Counted from the stretch's first letter, positions 37,778 to 48,459 are shown. The stretch is 64,000 nucleotides of DNA from Geopsychrobacteraceae bacterium (GCA_963662315.1 OY759353.1:3392001-3456000); one strand, 5' to 3'. A program made the numbers and translations. Notes: generated by a model from the letters alone, not told the origin.

Positions 37778-40700
37778 GTGCAACACTCACGGAGGACTCA
37801 TCGGCTGGTTTGTCCATAATCCAGTGGCGGCCAACCTTATCATGTTGACCCTGTTGATTGCCGGGAGCTGCAGCCTCCTCAATATCAAGAAAGAGATTTA
37901 TCCTGATACTAAAAGCGATGTGATCGAGGTCTCCATTGGCTATCCGGGAGCTGCTCCCGAGGATGTCGAACAGGGGGTGGTGCGCCAGGTCGAAGAAGTC
38001 CTGCAGGGGGTGGAAGGGGTGAAAAACCTGCTGGCAACGGCGGCACCGGAGGAGGGACGTTTTTCTCTGGTGTTACTACCCCATACCGATCCGGTTGCTT
38101 TAATGGATGCGGTGCGACAACGGATTGCAACCATCGATTCCTTTCCCGAGGCGGTTGAAACACCTCAGATTCGCCAGGCTGTTGAGCGCAATGAACTGCT
38201 CTGGTTGATTCTCCATGGTCCTCTGGAGCAGCAGGGTATGGGGCGCTTGGCGGAAGAGATCAAGGGGGACGTGGCCCAACTGTCTGGGGCCGGACTGATC
38301 GAGATCCATGGGCGGCAGCAGGAAGATCTGCACATTGAGGTCGCTCCTTCCGTCCTGGTTGAATATGATCTGACGCTGACCCAGATTGCTGCCGCGCTGC
38401 GGAATCAGTCCCTGGACCTGCCCGGCGGAGCTATCGACTCGGACAGCGGCAGTATCCTGCTACGGTCTCTGGGGAAGGCCTTCACCAGGTCTGACTTCGA
38501 GGATTTGATTATCCGTAGCCATGAAGATGGCAGCCAACTGCGTCTGGGCGATGTGGCCCGGGTCAGCAACCGCAGTGATGGTCATAACTTTCTCTTTTTC
38601 AACAATGAGCAGGCTATTGCTCTGCAGGTTTTTGCCAGTGACAACGCCAATCCTGTTGAGCTGGCCAATCGTATCAAGGAGTATCTCAAGGCCCGGTCCC
38701 TACCTCACGGTGTCGCTCTGGAAGTTGTGGTGGACATGGCTGTACATCTGAACAACCGTATGGAACTGATGCTGAAGAACATGCTCTTTGGCACCTTGCT
38801 GGTGTTCGGGGTGCTGGCTTTGTTTTTACGGATCCGCATCGCTTTTTGGGTTATGCTCGGACTTCCGGTCTGTTTTCTCGGGACTTTGTGGTTAATGCCG
38901 ATGCTCGGGGTTTCCATCAATATGCTGACTCTCTATGGTTTTATTCTGGTCCTGGGGATTTTGGTGGATGATGCCATTGTCATCGGTGAGAGTATTTGCA
39001 CCGCCATCGACAGCAGTGGTGGCGGAGAAGCTACCGTGATCCAAGGTGCTCGAGCTGTCGCGACGCCGGCTACTTATGGGGTCCTGACCACGGTGGTAGC
39101 GTTTATCCCCCTGTTAATCATTCCGGGGGAAGATGGACCATTGTGGGCCGGAATCGCTTACGTGGTCATCATGTCTCTGCTGCTATCCCTGTTTGAGTCA
39201 AAATTTCTATTACCGGTTCATTTGCGTCATATCGGTCCCTCTGCCGGTCATGGTCAGTGTCGCGGTCTGGCGTGGCTGCGGTTACGGTTGCAGCAACTTA
39301 TAGACAGTTTTCTGGAGCGCTGCTATCGGCCCCTGTTAACGCTCTTTATCACCTATCGCTACGCAACCCTGGCAGCCTGTGGCGGGATCCTGCTCATTAC
39401 CCTGGTGGCTCTGCAGACCGGGGTGATCCGCTGGATATTTTTCCCCCGCATCGATACCGGTGTCGTGCTCGTTACCCTGCAGTTGGATGAAAGGGTGGCC
39501 GGGGGCCGGCTGGAACAGCTCAGTCGTCAACTGGAGCAGTTGGCGGTCGCGGTCAACGCCAGCTTTTTGGCCGCAGGGGAAAAGACTGCGCCGCTGGGCA
39601 AGAGGATTGCCTATAGCGAGTCTGAGCATAATGCCCAGTTCTATGTTGAATTGAGTCCGTCTGCCCAGCGCCATGTTACCCCAGCGCAAATCATTCAACG
39701 CTGGCAGCGGGCAGCTCAGGAAATTGCCAGTCTGCCGGAAGTCACTCAGTTCGTCTTTAGCACCCCGACGGAGAGTGATGAAGAGGCGGCTGTCAGTTTT
39801 GATATTACTGGTAGGCAGCTGATCGCTGTCGACGAAGTGGTGGATAGGCTGAAACAGGCCTTGGCCGGATATCAGGGGGTCTACAATATTAGGGACAGTC
39901 GTCATCAGCGGCAGCCGGAAATCCAGATATCATTGCAGCCGGGAGCCAGTCAGCTGGGAGTAACCCTGGAGGATGTGGCGACTCAGGTGCGTGAGTCCTT
40001 TCATGGCATCGTAGTCCAATCCTTGCAACAGGGCGATAGCAGTGTCGATGTGGTGGTGCTCTCCCCCTGGCAGCAGCGGAGGCACCTTGCTGATCTGGAA
40101 GCGTTGACCATCGTCACTGCCGGGGGCGAACGCCTGCCTTTGACAGCGGTTGCACGCCTTCAGGAAGCTCAGGGCGCGATACGCATAGAGCGCAAAAACG
40201 GTCGCCGTGTGATCACCCTCAAGGCCGCCGTTGATGACCAGATGACAGATGCCGAAGAGATCATGGATGAGCTCCTGGCGACCGTGGGAAATGAACTGCA
40301 GGCTAACTATCCGGGGGTACAGATCTCCGTCAGTGGCGCAGCGCAGGAAGAGCAGCACGTGTTGCAGGCGATAATCATGTCGAGCTTGCTTGCCCTGCTG
40401 GCTATTTATGCTCTGATGGCAGTGCCGCTGAAATCCTACCTGCAGCCCCTAATGATTATGATGTCCATCCCTTTTGGTATGGTCGGTGCTGTCCTCGGCC
40501 ATCTGCTTCTGGACCTTCCGATCAGCATTCTGTCCCTGTGCGGCTGTATCGCTCTGGCTGGTGTGGTGGTCAACGATGCTCTGGTGCTGATCACGAGCAT
40601 CAATGCCAACAGCAACCATTGTACCGATCTCTGTGAGGTCCTGCGTGTGGCCGGCTGCAGCCGTTTCCGGGCTATTCTGCTGACCTCCCTGACCACCTTC

Positions 40701-40901
40701 TGCGGACTGCTTCCCATGGTCATGGAGCGCAGCCTACAGGCGCAGTTTCTTATTCCCATGGCGGTTTCCCTGGCGTTTGGAATTTTGTTCAGTACCTTGA
40801 TTACGCTCTTTTTAATCCCTGTACTTTATGTTTGCCTGGAGGATATAAAACAGCTTTGTTCGCGTCTCACGGAGACCAGCCCCGCAGGAGAACCTTTATG
40901 A
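37770..40901 (+). CDS. RND efflux permease
   Basis: NPVAANL, GILVDDAIVIGE, GVVVNDA, RFRAILLTSLTT. Confidence 0.92.
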   Translation: MAECNTHGGLIGWFVHNPVAANLIMLTLLIAGSCSLLNIKKEIYPDTKSDVIEVSIGYPGAAPEDVEQGVVRQVEEVLQGVEGVKNLLATAAPEEGRFSLVLLPHTDPVALMDAVRQRIATIDSFPEAVETPQIRQAVERNELLWLILHGPLEQQGMGRLAEEIKGDVAQLSGAGLIEIHGRQQEDLHIEVAPSVLVEYDLTLTQIAAALRNQSLDLPGGAIDSDSGSILLRSLGKAFTRSDFEDLIIRSHEDGSQLRLGDVARVSNRSDGHNFLFFNNEQAIALQVFASDNANPVELANRIKEYLKARSLPHGVALEVVVDMAVHLNNRMELMLKNMLFGTLLVFGVLALFLRIRIAFWVMLGLPVCFLGTLWLMPMLGVSINMLTLYGFILVLGILVDDAIVIGESICTAIDSSGGGEATVIQGARAVATPATYGVLTTVVAFIPLLIIPGEDGPLWAGIAYVVIMSLLLSLFESKFLLPVHLRHIGPSAGHGQCRGLAWLRLRLQQLIDSFLERCYRPLLTLFITYRYATLAACGGILLITLVALQTGVIRWIFFPRIDTGVVLVTLQLDERVAGGRLEQLSRQLEQLAVAVNASFLAAGEKTAPLGKRIAYSESEHNAQFYVELSPSAQRHVTPAQIIQRWQRAAQEIASLPEVTQFVFSTPTESDEEAAVSFDITGRQLIAVDEVVDRLKQALAGYQGVYNIRDSRHQRQPEIQISLQPGASQLGVTLEDVATQVRESFHGIVVQSLQQGDSSVDVVVLSPWQQRRHLADLEALTIVTAGGERLPLTAVARLQEAQGAIRIERKNGRRVITLKAAVDDQMTDAEEIMDELLATVGNELQANYPGVQISVSGAAQEEQHVLQAIIMSSLLALLAIYALMAVPLKSYLQPLMIMMSIPFGMVGAVLGHLLLDLPISILSLCGCIALAGVVVNDALVLITSINANSNHCTDLCEVLRVAGCSRFRAILLTSLTTFCGLLPMVMERSLQAQFLIPMAVSLAFGILFSTLITLFLIPVLYVCLEDIKQLCSRLTETSPAGEPL

Positions 40902-41611
40902 GCGAACCGATCCGCATCCTTATTGTAGAAGATGATACGAAACTTCTTAACCTGATCAGTGCCTACCTGACCAGCCAAGGTTTTTTGGTCAGTGGCGAAG
41001 CGCGCGGCGACCTGGCTCCCGAACGGATTCTTAATGAGGTTCCGGATCTGGTCATTCTCGATTTGATGCTGCCAGGGCTGGACGGTCTGTCGATTCTACG
41101 CTGCGTACGGGGCAGCTACCGCGAGCCCATTCTGATCATGACTGCCAGAGAGGATGATATGGACCATGTGGCTGGTCTGGAAGGGGGGGCCGATGATTAT
41201 GTTCAGAAGCCTATCGTCCCCAGGGTGCTTTTGGCTCGGATCCGTGCGGCCTTAAGGCGGAGTCGGTCAGCTGCACCAGTGGTTAATCAACCCGACCGGC
41301 TGTGCTTTGGAGATCTCTGTATTGAACCGGAAGCGCGGCGGGTTTGCCTGGATGAGGATGAAATCGAGCTGTCGACCAATGAGTTCGATGTCCTCTGCTA
41401 TCTGGCCCTCAACAGTGGCAAGATCATCAGTCGTGACGAACTATACCTGGAACTGAAGGGACACGGCTATGATGGTCTTGATCGCAGCATGGATATGATC
41501 ATTTCGCGTCTGCGCAAAAAATTTCTCGATGATACCAAGGCCCCGTACCGTATCAAGACTGTCTGGGGCAAGGGCTATCTGTTTGTGGCCGATGCCTGGG
41601 GAACGCCATGA
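40898..41611 (+). CDS. OmpR-family response regulator (RstA-like)
   Basis: ILIVEDD, LDLMLPGLDG, GADDY, DGLDRSMD, IKTVWGKGY. Confidence 0.9.
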   Translation: MSEPIRILIVEDDTKLLNLISAYLTSQGFLVSGEARGDLAPERILNEVPDLVILDLMLPGLDGLSILRCVRGSYREPILIMTAREDDMDHVAGLEGGADDYVQKPIVPRVLLARIRAALRRSRSAAPVVNQPDRLCFGDLCIEPEARRVCLDEDEIELSTNEFDVLCYLALNSGKIISRDELYLELKGHGYDGLDRSMDMIISRLRKKFLDDTKAPYRIKTVWGKGYLFVADAWGTP

Positions 41612-42912
41612 GAGGGATTTTTATTCGTTTTAATCTAGGGCTGCTGCTGGTCGTGCTGGTCTGTATGTTTCTTACCGATTATATCGAGGATGCCGTTCTG
41701 ACCGAAGAAGAGGTTGCTCATTACTACAACGAACTGTTTAAAGGCTTTTTCTTTACCATTGAGTACTACCTCCAGCATGATCATGATTTTGCCCCCCAGG
41801 AAAGGATCAAAGAGTTACAGACGCAGTTCGGTTTTCCCGTGGGTTTGGTGGCTCGGTCTGAGCTAGGGCTGTCTGAAGATGAACAGGAGCTTCTGGATCG
41901 GGGGGACATGCTGGTACGCGTTGATGACGAGCTTTTTTATCGGCCACTAGCGGGTAGCGAGCTGCTGGTGAGAATCGGTCCCCTGAATGACGATATGGAA
42001 ACCAAGAGACTGGAATATCGGCAGAATATGGGGGTCGGGTTGTTTCTTATTATGCTGACCTCATTCTCGTCCCTGCTTTGGACGTTACCGTTGTGGAAAA
42101 ACCTGCGCGCTTTGATGAGAACAACAGAACGTTTCGGGCGTGGTGATTTTTCCAGTAGAGCCACTGTTGCCCGGCGCTCGGCTTTACGCCCCATGGCGGA
42201 AACCTTCAATCAAATGGGGAGCCGCATAGAAGAACTGATGACGGCTCAGAAGTCCCTGCTGCATGCGGTTTCCCATGAACTGCGCACTCCCATTGCCAGC
42301 GCCCGTTTTGCCCTGGTCATGCTCGAAGGCGCTACCGACCGGCAGAAGATTAAAGAATATACTGATATGCTGTATGGCGATATGGAGGATCTTGAAGAGC
42401 TGATTTCGGAACTGCTGACCTACTGTTCTTTGGAAGAACAGAGGACATCCCTGGATGCGGAACCTGTTGCTCCGAAGGAGTGGCTGTCGGGGCTGGTCGA
42501 CAAGCTGGAACCCTTTACCGGGGAAAAGATAATCAGCCTCGATCTGGCCATGGCTCCGGCGTCTGTGACCATCAATCTCAGGCATATGAGCCGGGCCCTG
42601 GAAAACCTGATCCTCAATGCTATTCGCTATGCCGAAACACGTATCGACATTGGTTTGTCAACAACGGATACTGGCTGGCGTCTCAGCATTCACGATGATG
42701 GTCCAGGCATTCCTGTCTCTGACCGTGAGCGGATTTTTCAGCCGTTTGTCCGCCTTGACGATAGTCGTAACCGGGCATCCGGTGGTGCTGGTCTGGGCTT
42801 GGCTATTGTCAATCAAATTGTCAGAAAACATCAGGGGCGCATCTGGGTTACCGATGGTCATTACTGTGGGGCCTGTTTTATTATGGAAATTCCTGTAAGC
42901 AACTTGGAATAG
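41608..42912 (+). CDS. Sensor histidine kinase (RstB-like)
   Basis: 2 TM, HAMP, SHELRTP, NAIRY, DDGPG, GAGLGL. Confidence 0.9.
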   Translation: MRGIFIRFNLGLLLVVLVCMFLTDYIEDAVLTEEEVAHYYNELFKGFFFTIEYYLQHDHDFAPQERIKELQTQFGFPVGLVARSELGLSEDEQELLDRGDMLVRVDDELFYRPLAGSELLVRIGPLNDDMETKRLEYRQNMGVGLFLIMLTSFSSLLWTLPLWKNLRALMRTTERFGRGDFSSRATVARRSALRPMAETFNQMGSRIEELMTAQKSLLHAVSHELRTPIASARFALVMLEGATDRQKIKEYTDMLYGDMEDLEELISELLTYCSLEEQRTSLDAEPVAPKEWLSGLVDKLEPFTGEKIISLDLAMAPASVTINLRHMSRALENLILNAIRYAETRIDIGLSTTDTGWRLSIHDDGPGIPVSDRERIFQPFVRLDDSRNRASGGAGLGLAIVNQIVRKHQGRIWVTDGHYCGACFIMEIPVSNLE

Positions 42913-43199
42913 CGTCGTATAGTGCTAGGTCATACAGGATCAGATCTGGCCATGTGCATGATTGATAAAGGGTAAAAGAATAATTATTTTACCTAGACAC
43001 GCCAGAGGCAGCATTTAATAAGGCGGCTTTTAAACTCTTTTTAAGCTGGTCAAATACGGACAGTTCTGTTAAACCAAGCATGATAATAATAGTTGACTAA
43101 TCAGGTCAAATAACCAGTTTGCAGCCGTAATCCCATTCGACAGCATCATCCAAGTCTATTTATACCTGTACGGCCTAACAAAAAGTTCAAGGATTAACC

Positions 43200-44546
43200 A
43201 TGCAACCCCCAAAACAACCTGTAGCCAAAGGTGCGGCTTTGCTGCCTTTGGCCCTGTTTCTCATTCTCTTTGTCGGTACCGGCACTGCTTTGACACTGAA
43301 CGGTACCGAGATGGCCTTTTACCAGCTCTCCGCTGCAGTGGCTATTTTACCGGCTATCGCCATGGCTCTGGGGATGGGAAAATACCGGCTTAACGACAAA
43401 ATCAACATCTTTTTGCGTGGTGTCGGTGATATCAATATCGTGACCATGTGCATGATCTACCTGCTGGCCGGAGCCTTTGCTGCGGTCGCTAAATCGATCG
43501 GCGGGGTTGAGGCGACGATCAATCTGGGCCTGTCCTATATTCCCGTACAGCTGGTATTGCCGGGACTCTTTGTGATTGCCGCTTTTGTCGCCACCGCCAT
43601 GGGCACCTCCATGGGTACCATCGCCGCCATTGCTCCCATTGCCGCCGGAATCGCTGCGCAAACTGATATCGGTGCGCCCCTGCTGATGGGTACCGTGGTT
43701 GGCGGAGCCATGTTTGGTGACAACTTGTCGATGATCTCCGATACCACCATCGCGGCAACCCGCACTCAGGGTTGCCGCATGAGTGATAAATTCCGCATGA
43801 ACCTGCTGATTGTCGCGCCAGCGGCCCTGCTGGTCGTTATCGCTCTGGCCCTGTTTGGTAGCGCCGGCGAGGCTGTCTCCAGCGGCGACTGGCAGCTGCT
43901 GCGCGTGGTGCCCTATCTGATTATTCTGGTTCTTGCTCTGGCCGGGCTCAATGTCTTTGTCGTTCTGGCCTGCGGAATTGTGCTGGCGGGAGCGGTGGGG
44001 CTGATCAGTATTCCGGACTATTCGCTGCTCAAGTATGCCGGGGATATTTACAATGGTTTCAGCGGCATGCATGAAATACTGGTGCTGTCGATGCTGGTCG
44101 GTGGCTTGGGTGAGCTGATGCGCGTGAACGGCGGCCTGCAATGGCTGCTGGAGCGCATCAATGCTCTGGCGCGCAAAAGTGAAGGGAAAAATCGCCGCCG
44201 CTCAGGCGAAATTGCCATTTCCGCTCTGGTGGCTTTGACCGATCTGTGCACGGCCAATAATACCGTCGCCATTATCCTCAGTGGCGGCCTGGCCAAAGAT
44301 ATCGCCCGTGATACCGGTGTCGATGCCCGGCGCAGCGCCAGTCTGCTGGATATTTTCTCATGCGTGGTGCAGGGCATTGCCCCCTATGCCGCTCAGGTGT
44401 TGCTGGCCGGATTGATTGCCGGGATCTCACCGGTCGCAGTTGCAACCAGCAACTGGTACTGTCTGATTCTTGCTGTCGTGGCAGCCATCGCCATTCTGAC
44501 CGACTGGCCGCGAGTCAAAGGGAAAGGCGGCTCATCCGCAGCCTGA
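43200..44546 (+). CDS. NhaC-family transporter (putative amino-acid/methionine transporter)
   Basis: MGTSMGTIAA, GGAMFGDNLSMISDTTIAA, ANNTVAI. Confidence 0.8.
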   Translation: MQPPKQPVAKGAALLPLALFLILFVGTGTALTLNGTEMAFYQLSAAVAILPAIAMALGMGKYRLNDKINIFLRGVGDINIVTMCMIYLLAGAFAAVAKSIGGVEATINLGLSYIPVQLVLPGLFVIAAFVATAMGTSMGTIAAIAPIAAGIAAQTDIGAPLLMGTVVGGAMFGDNLSMISDTTIAATRTQGCRMSDKFRMNLLIVAPAALLVVIALALFGSAGEAVSSGDWQLLRVVPYLIILVLALAGLNVFVVLACGIVLAGAVGLISIPDYSLLKYAGDIYNGFSGMHEILVLSMLVGGLGELMRVNGGLQWLLERINALARKSEGKNRRRSGEIAISALVALTDLCTANNTVAIILSGGLAKDIARDTGVDARRSASLLDIFSCVVQGIAPYAAQVLLAGLIAGISPVAVATSNWYCLILAVVAAIAILTDWPRVKGKGGSSAA

Positions 44547-44604
44547 AAACAATAAAATGTTCAAGAACTGAAATAAGAAGAAAATGAACAGAGGGCAATA
44601 AATA

Positions 44605-44725
44605 TTGAATCGAAATATCATTTCGTATAAATTTTAACAGTTACTGTGCTTCAAAAAATGAAAAGTCATGCGTTTGCTGGATATGATTAGAAATCTACAA
44701 ACCGTGGCTTTTTTTGTTTTTTCCG
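44605..44725 (+). ncRNA. Candidate small RNA/leader, copy 2
   Basis: TTGAAT-17-TAAATT; AAAAGTCATGCGTTTG...CAAACCGTGGCTTTT; homolog of 25927-26045. Confidence 0.45.
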
Positions 44726-44895
44726 TTAAAGAAACTGAGCGTTATGTCACTTTCACGCACGAGTCTTTGGGCTGGGGTGTGTTCACTCTGATGCTGCGGT
44801 TCTGACTCAATCAGTTTGCTTGAATTATCCCGTCCGCTACCGTTTTGCGGCCCCTTCCAGATGTTATGTTATTGAAGAATACTAAGGAGATTGTA

Positions 44896-44980
44896 ATGAA
44901 GACAAAATTTATACTTTAAACAGTTATTTCAAGTATTCTCTTATTCTGCCTGTGCTCTTGCACTGCCGTTCGTAAACTAC
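44896..44980 (+). pseudogene. Lipoprotein gene remnant
   Basis: AAGGAG SD, MKTKFIL*TVISSILLFCLCSC: lipoprotein-like signal with in-frame TAA at 44917. Confidence 0.4.
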
Positions 44981-45050
44981 GGAGGCAAACACTACCCTGC
45001 GCTGGAGCCGAATCTCTAACCGATTAGCGTACAAGTAGGAGATTTATTGA

Positions 45051-45650
45051 ATGTTGGATCTTGAATTTCTCATCACTTCTTTTGTCGTGGTACTTATTCC
45101 AGGTACTGGGGTACTTTTCACTATATCCACCGGTCTGATACATGGCCGCAAGGCCAGCGTGTTCGCGGCATTTGGCTGTACTTTGGGTATTATCCCCCAT
45201 CTCATGGCGACCGTGTTGGGGTTGGCTGCTCTTATGCACACCAGCGCACTCGCTTTTCAGACCCTGAAATACGCCGGCATTGCCTACTTGCTCTACATCG
45301 CATTTGCCACTTGGCGTGACAAATCAACGTTGTCCATTGATGAAAAATCCTCGGCAAGCACGGCCACCGCTCTTGTTTTAAAGGCTTTTCTGCTAAATAT
45401 CCTCAATCCGAAACTGACGATCTTCTTCCTGGCTTTCCTTCCGCAATTTGTTCAACCGGGGGCGCTGGAGCCGATCTTTCAGCTTATCCTGCTGAGCAGC
45501 GTTTTTATGGCGATGACGTTTGTCGTGTTCGTGGGTTATGGCTGTCTGGCACATGCGTTCCGCAAGACAGTTGTTGATTCACCGCGCATCCAAACGTGGC
45601 TTCGCCGCAGCCTTTGTCGGTCTGGCGGCGGAACTCTCTTTTTCCGATAG
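45051..45650 (+). CDS. LysE/RhtB family translocator, C-terminus probably frameshifted
   Basis: IPGTG, LKYAGIAYL, NILNPK..FFLAFLPQF; alternative frame gives FVGLAAELSFSDR*. Confidence 0.82.
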   Translation: MLDLEFLITSFVVVLIPGTGVLFTISTGLIHGRKASVFAAFGCTLGIIPHLMATVLGLAALMHTSALAFQTLKYAGIAYLLYIAFATWRDKSTLSIDEKSSASTATALVLKAFLLNILNPKLTIFFLAFLPQFVQPGALEPIFQLILLSSVFMAMTFVVFVGYGCLAHAFRKTVVDSPRIQTWLRRSLCRSGGGTLFFR

Positions 45651-45851
45651 ATAACGCCCAATCACCAGTCTAGTCGGATTTGTAAGGTGATAACTCTGGA
45701 TCTTGTCGATCGGGCTTGTGGGTATCGGGAAGCCACGGACGTTGTACTCCAGCGCTAATGCACTGTAGAATAGATCAAGATCTTTTTGATCAATCTGTCG
45801 TCATCTATTTTGGCGGATTCACGTAAAGCCTTTTCCGTGGATGGTTTTGTT

Positions 45852-47210
45852 ATGGCCAGAGTCACTTCCCCGTTTGCTCTTCCCAATGTCAGGCTGTTTC
45901 TTCTGTTTCGGGTGCTGTTTAATGCCCGGTTTTATTATCCTATTTTTTCCATCCTGTTTCTTGATTTCGGCCTGACGCTATCACAATTTGCCATTCTTAA
46001 CGCAGTTTGGGCCGCGACGATTGTTATCTGTGAAGTGCCGTCCGGAGCGCTTGCCGATATCATCGGGCGGCGTAACCTGTTGGTCGTAACCGGTGTCCTG
46101 ATGGTCCTTGAAATCGGCTTGTGGGCTTTTGTGCCACGCAGTAACCTGACGCTGCTGTTTTGGGCTTTTGTTGCGAACCGGGTCCTGAGCGGTATGGCTG
46201 AGGCTGCCGCCAGCGGAGCCGATGAAGCTCTGGCGTATGATAGCCTTGCCCAGGCGGGAAAAACAGCTGACTGGGGGCTGGTTCTGGAACGTCAGGGGCA
46301 ACTCCAGGCTGCGGGGTTTGTCGTGGCCATGACCCTGGGTGGCGTCATGTATGATCCCGGATTGCTGACCGGTATCCTGGCCTGGTTAGGCTTTACGGTA
46401 ACCCTTTCAAAAGAGCTGACGCTACGTTTGCCGATTTACTGTACCCTGGTAACGGCGTTGCTTACTTTATTCACTACGCTGCGGATGAAAGAAATCGCCG
46501 TCGAACAGCGTACCCGGCAAGCCTTCTGGCAGACCAGTGCAGCGGCGCTACAATTGGTCTGGCGGGCTGGGGTGTGGATTTTTAAAACACCGCTGGTCAT
46601 CGGCCTTATCCTGTTTGGGCTGCTTTATGACAGCGTGGTACGCATGCTGCTGACCATGGCGAGTCAATATTACCGGGTTATTGATATCCCGGAGTCGTGG
46701 TTTGGTATTCTTGGTTCGGCGTTGGCGTTATTCGGTTTTATTATGCCGATGGTGGCACGTCGTCTGGTCGGGCGATGGTCATTGCTGGTTAATCTGGTTG
46801 TGGTTGGCCTTCTTATCGTTGCCGGGTTGGCTGGAATTGCATGTGTCTGGCCCTTCTGGGGAGTTGTCCCGGCACTGATTCTGTTTGCATCGATGAATCT
46901 GACCAGCTTTTTACTCAGTTTTTATCTGAATAATATGGCCAGTTCAGAACAGCGCGCCACAGTGTTGAGTTTCAAAGGCTTGTTTTTAAACACAGGTTAT
47001 GGAATTATTGGCCTTCTTTACGGGGGATTGCTGGCGTTTCTGGGGCATAATCGCAGCACAGATGTGTCAGTTTCGGCAGAAATGCTGAAAAATTCTATTT
47101 TTATCGAATCGCTTCCCTGGTTCCTCGGTTATTTCTTCCTGCTCGGGTTGGTTCTACTTTTCTTTTTTGGTCGTATTTTGGCTGCGGAACTTCCGCAAAA
47201 AATGAATTGA
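45852..47210 (+). CDS. MFS transporter
   Basis: EVPSGALADIIGRR, SGADEALAYDS, RATVLS; multiple TM segments. Confidence 0.85.
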   Translation: MARVTSPFALPNVRLFLLFRVLFNARFYYPIFSILFLDFGLTLSQFAILNAVWAATIVICEVPSGALADIIGRRNLLVVTGVLMVLEIGLWAFVPRSNLTLLFWAFVANRVLSGMAEAAASGADEALAYDSLAQAGKTADWGLVLERQGQLQAAGFVVAMTLGGVMYDPGLLTGILAWLGFTVTLSKELTLRLPIYCTLVTALLTLFTTLRMKEIAVEQRTRQAFWQTSAAALQLVWRAGVWIFKTPLVIGLILFGLLYDSVVRMLLTMASQYYRVIDIPESWFGILGSALALFGFIMPMVARRLVGRWSLLVNLVVVGLLIVAGLAGIACVWPFWGVVPALILFASMNLTSFLLSFYLNNMASSEQRATVLSFKGLFLNTGYGIIGLLYGGLLAFLGHNRSTDVSVSAEMLKNSIFIESLPWFLGYFFLLGLVLLFFFGRILAAELPQKMN

Positions 47211-47234
47211 TAGGCTCTGTTGACAGGACATATT

Positions 47235-47585
47235 ATGTGGTATTGCGCGACACAGATTGGAATTTCCGAAATCGATATGGATCATCAGAATATCGATGCC
47301 ATGCTGGAATTATGTTTCACCGGGCATGTTCCTGAAGTTGCGCTTAAAAATGTGATTGTCGGGTTAATACGCCATTTCAAGCATGAAGAAGAAGTCATTG
47401 TCGCGTTGGGGCGCGAGTTTCCCGCAGATCATCAGGCGGAACATATGGTCTTAACCCAATATTTCGAGGAGCTGCAAAATGACTGGCAGGAAGGGAAAAT
47501 GACAGGCAAGGAACTGGCGGAAACCTTGCGGATAAAGCTGTTGCTGCATGTCACAGAATATGATCTCAAGTTGAAGGACCTGTAG
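47235..47585 (+). CDS. Hemerythrin-like protein
   Basis: IGISEIDMDH, HFKHEE, HQAEH, HVTEYD. Confidence 0.75.
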   Translation: MWYCATQIGISEIDMDHQNIDAMLELCFTGHVPEVALKNVIVGLIRHFKHEEEVIVALGREFPADHQAEHMVLTQYFEELQNDWQEGKMTGKELAETLRIKLLLHVTEYDLKLKDL

Positions 47586-47613
47586 CTCTTTTGCCTGGCG
47601 CTGGTTATCTGTT

Positions 47614-48459
47614 ATGAAGACCTTCCGTTCCCTACCTTTCTTCTTCTATTCTCTGTTTGTGGCAGGTCTGCTTATCTTTCTGGGGGCCTGTTCGCCTGCC
47701 GGTAAGCCGTTAGTCAGCCCTTCTGAACCATTTCCCGAATCCGTTTCCGCTGATCCGATCGCCTCACTGATTATCCCCACTGATGAACCTGTTGAGCCAG
47801 AACAACAAGCGCTTACGGCACTTGGTTTTTCCGTTCAGGTCGGCGCTTTTTCGCAGCAGGACAATGCTGTCAGGCTTGAACAGACTCTGAAAATGCGTGG
47901 TCTTGATGCTTTTTCGTTTCTCGATGATTCCGGTTTGTACAAGGTACGCTTTGGTGATCACCGTGAATACCAGGCGGCCAGAAACGAGGCCGAACAACTG
48001 CAGGCCCAGGGGGTGATCGGACGTTTCTTTATTGTTTCACCACAAGATTACGCTATTGCCAAAACGCCAGATGCGGCCGTGGGGGGAATGCGTTTCGAAC
48101 TGGTCAAAACAGCACAGCGCTTTATCGGTGTGCCGTATCGCTGGGGGGGGGAGGACAGTAAGAACGGTTTTGACTGCAGTGGTTTGACCATGGTCAGTTA
48201 CCGCCTCAACGGTCTGAACCTGCCACGCAACTCAAGAGCCCAGTATCAGGCTGGTCGCGCTGTGAAAAAGGACCAGCTGCAGCAGGGGGATCTGGTGTTT
48301 TTCGCCACCAAAGGTGGAACCCGTGTTACGCATGTTGGAATGTATGTTGGTGACGGCAGGTTTATTCATGCGCCACGCACCGGGCAAACCATTCGGATTT
48401 CAAGTCTTTCCAGCACTTATTTTCGCCGGACCTATGTCGGTGGACGCACCTACCTGTAG
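47614..48459 (+). CDS. SPOR + NlpC/P60 peptidoglycan endopeptidase lipoprotein
   Basis: Lipobox LGAC, VQVGAFS SPOR domain, PYRWGG..FDCSG, HVGMY, FIHAP. Confidence 0.9.
   Translation: MKTFRSLPFFFYSLFVAGLLIFLGACSPAGKPLVSPSEPFPESVSADPIASLIIPTDEPVEPEQQALTALGFSVQVGAFSQQDNAVRLEQTLKMRGLDAFSFLDDSGLYKVRFGDHREYQAARNEAEQLQAQGVIGRFFIVSPQDYAIAKTPDAAVGGMRFELVKTAQRFIGVPYRWGGEDSKNGFDCSGLTMVSYRLNGLNLPRNSRAQYQAGRAVKKDQLQQGDLVFFATKGGTRVTHVGMYVGDGRFIHAPRTGQTIRISSLSSTYFRRTYVGGRTYL

Noticed and set aside
42913..43199. SAM riboswitch expected upstream of the NhaC/methionine-type transporter
   Set aside because: No SAM-I consensus elements visible
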